This document shows, piece after piece, positions 62,701 to 64,000 of a stretch of 64,000 bases of DNA. A model generated the notes under the pieces. That model saw nothing but the letters and a program-made list of their open reading frames with translations. It ran no database searches and was not told the DNA's origin. Both the position numbers and the translations under genes were made by a program. The DNA comes from Bugula neritina (lineage: Eukaryota > Animalia > Bryozoa), in contig OZ037769.1 of the NCBI GenBank assembly GCA_964035545.1, positions 9,198,129 through 9,262,128 of the forward strand, in the 5' to 3' direction. How positions within the stretch are numbered: the stretch's first letter is position 1; each line of letters opens with the position of its first letter.

Positions 62701-64000
62701 CGATGACGTCGTCGAGGTATACCAGCAGTGTCTTCCAGTGGAGTCCACTGAGGCCCTGTTCCATGAGCCTCTGGAATGTGGCGGGGGCAGAAGTCAGTCC
62801 AAAGGGGAGGACTTTCCACTTCCATAAGCCGTCCCGCGTGATGAATGCCGCCTTCTCCTGGGCGTCGGGGCTGAGGGGGACCTGCCAGTAGCCGCTCAAC
62901 AAGTCTAACGTACTGAAGTACTTGCTGCCGGCCAAGGCGTCCAGAGATTCGTCGATCCTGGGTAAGGGGTAGGCGTCCTGTATGGTCACGCTATTGAGCT
63001 TGCGATAATCCACACAGAACCGCCAACTGCCGTCTTTCTTTCGGACCAGGACGACCGGCGAGCTCCACGCACTATGTGCTGGCTCGATGAGGCCGCGGTC
63101 CAAAAGATCCCGGACTTGTTGGCTGACCTCCTTTTCCTTCTCGGGTCCCAGCCTCCTAGTGGGCTGTCGAATAGGGGTAGTCCCTGCAGCTAGCGGTATC
63201 TCATGACGGACGGCCGTGGTCAGGCCGACGTCATGGTCCCCGCTGCTGAACACGTCGCTATAATCACGTAGCAACTGAGCCATGGCCTGGCGTTCCACGT
63301 TGCCCGTGCAGCCGTCGCACGCTGCCTGGTATAGCTCTTTGACGTGTGGTGGGACGGTCCCCCGCCTAACTGACGGGCTCTGTTGGGGACCTTCCGTCGC
63401 AGCTCCCAGCGACGGCCCTATATCTTCCTCCTGGATGGAGTGGAAGCGGCCCAGCATGGATCCTGACGGTAATTGTACCGCTTCGGAGAAGGGGTTGACA
63501 CACTGCACCAAGATCTCTCCTCGGTCAGTCAGCCGGTTGAGACTGCTGGCGAGTTGGATTCTTGTGTGCGCACCTTCGACAACCCCTAACCCCGAGAGTT
63601 GGCTATTGTTCACTCTGCAGTGAACGGTAGCCCGGGAGCGGCCGGGTATAGTACAGTTCCGTACTACCTGCACGCCTCCCGCTAGGGGACGACCGAACTT
63701 GTCGACACAGGCGAGCTCCCTGCCGCCCATTAGCATGGCTGACTTGCTAAAGTCAATACGGCACCCGTGTCTCTTCAAGAACGGCATCCCCAGTATAGCA
63801 TCCTCTTCAAGTTGGCTGATGACGAAGGTTTCCTGGATGGCCTGGTCGCGGATGCGCCCAGTCAGCTCTATGATACCGTAGAAAGGAATCCGTGACCCGT
63901 CAGCTAGGGTGCCCGGTTCCCCGGTATAGGGAGCTAAGGCTCCCCTCTCCCTAGGGGGGAGGGTGTCAAAGACCCGACGGCTGAGGAGATTAGTGGTACA
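59786..64000 (-). CDS. Gypsy Pol (protease-RT-RNase H-integrase), frame open to the window edge
   Basis: Upstream in-frame CTTNLLS..LADGS..DAILGMPFL (protease); RT LDLLSGYWQ, LPFGL, YLDD; RNase H DTDAS; integrase H-H-C-C, DLVGP, DQG, ERNNR, GPY. Confidence 0.95.
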   Translation of the reverse strand, partial: CTTNLLSRRVFDTLPPRERGALAPYTGEPGTLADGSRIPFYGIIELTGRIRDQAIQETFVISQLEEDAILGMPFLKRHGCRIDFSKSAMLMGGRELACVDKFGRPLAGGVQVVRNCTIPGRSRATVHCRVNNSQLSGLGVVEGAHTRIQLASSLNRLTDRGEILVQCVNPFSEAVQLPSGSMLGRFHSIQEEDIGPSLGAATEGPQQSPSVRRGTVPPHVKELYQAACDGCTGNVERQAMAQLLRDYSDVFSSGDHDVGLTTAVRHEIPLAAGTTPIRQPTRRLGPEKEKEVSQQVRDLLDRGLIEPAHSAWSSPVVLVRKKDGSWRFCVDYRKLNSVTIQDAYPLPRIDESLDALAGSKYFSTLDLLSGYWQVPLSPDAQEKAAFITRDGLWKWKVLPFGLTSAPATFQRLMEQGLSGLHWKTLLVYLDDVIVISPDFQTHISRLREVFNRLRGANLKLKPSKCALLQPEVKYLGHVVGRHGLATDPEKVRAIEDWVTPQDLTGLRAFLGLVGYYRQYIPDFAGVAQPLNRLTAKGVTWQWTPVEQRAFDCLKGRLLEAPILAYPDPALEYILDTDASDQNVGAVLSQVQEGREVVVAYYSKSLSPTERNYCTTRKELLAVIKSVKHFRPYLYGRKFRLRTDHASLIWLCKRAEPSSQVARWLEVLAEFSYRIEHRPGKKHGNADGLSRRPDEGCKQCLNIEKRDGGPPKSELRALNHPETEYDWDQGQLLQKATTPPEAIQRLRANPVLADNVRELRRLQEDLPGVVADVYRAKKEGRRPSEEQLRQGCTELRSYCQRWDSLRIGPDGLLTITVAAYNSQYGRKRVICPAAIRRELVWDTHKQAHAGVSRVLSKLQLRWYWPGMEREVRRRVKQCEICQASKHGRLPGEAGRRRLYAGRPWQVVAVDLVGPMPVTPRGNSWILVLTDHFTRWADALAIPDASAPTVARVLDQNVFCYLGLPEQIHSDQGAQFQSQLLSDLCRLWGVNQSRTTPYHPQGNGVVERNNRMLGDALRSLLLGRGQEEWDTVLPQVMRAYRSTPHTSTGETPNLLMLGRETRVPDHLTYHIPEQDYTIHEYASKLIEDLRAAHEILRAKQWQVRQEDSQEPPLYQTGDWVWMINYRRRRGQAAKLQPKFVGPYVVVEAMPNHTYKLERSGQVSVQNEARLKPYWASPGAAGAAPPLLEPRRQTATRGRQRHGPEYEVVVPREEDLVRQETPLPSTEVRPPPPVPSLPPPLPDPHPRPEVQNPPVGGAPSGDNSGEGNAITNGGPETPQVEQNSPPVSTPPRPTTTPPSPANTSPPLERGQRTRQPPAYLKDFVCDRVTNGSYESPAGRRTEGLATKRGSCEHHGNLNFCEGGVVNKTTTPGANSSSRAQQPRCPVFSYADVVKGRRIQTQSTDIQA

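Larger units (their letters stand above)
58005..64000 (-). mobile_element. Apparently young Ty3/Gypsy LTR retrotransposon (5' end outside the window); 3' LTR 58277-58005
   Basis: Uninterrupted pol, open ORF3, PPT GGGGGGGGCGG, LTR TGTAGT...ACTACA; GC-rich relative to host DNA. Confidence 0.93.

Noticed and set aside
59792-63881. Numerous + strand and alternate-frame ORFs over pol
   Set aside because: Shadow ORFs of GC-rich coding sequence with no recognisable motifs.

Overview
AT-rich, intron-containing animal (invertebrate-like) genomic DNA; the species cannot be determined from sequence alone. Three host genes could be reconstructed: a 57-aa SMIM30-like microprotein missed by the ORF track (28776-28949, +), a 9-exon Nemo-like kinase (NLK, 39428-50219, +) with a U12-type intron, and a convergent 9-exon STYXL1/MK-STYX-like pseudophosphatase (51325-56990, -). 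The first ~28 kb is a nested pile of transposon remnants: pogo-like, Gypsy, CR1/L2-like LINEs, Penelope, PIF/Harbinger and fold-back elements. A near-intact Gypsy element runs off the right end. Two systems stand out. (1) At least four distinct type-I hammerhead ribozyme families, including a ~272-nt highly structured tandem retrozyme-like unit that sits in (TA)n microsatellites. (2) A Gypsy lineage, present as three divergent copies, that carries a conserved non-Env third ORF downstream of pol encoding a C2H2 + C2HC zinc-finger pair and a C-terminal coiled coil, flanked by conserved splice signals. Also notable: an intact three-exon Harbinger MADF gene beside a dead transposase, and a gag-only two-LTR element. 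All alignments and folds were done by eye.
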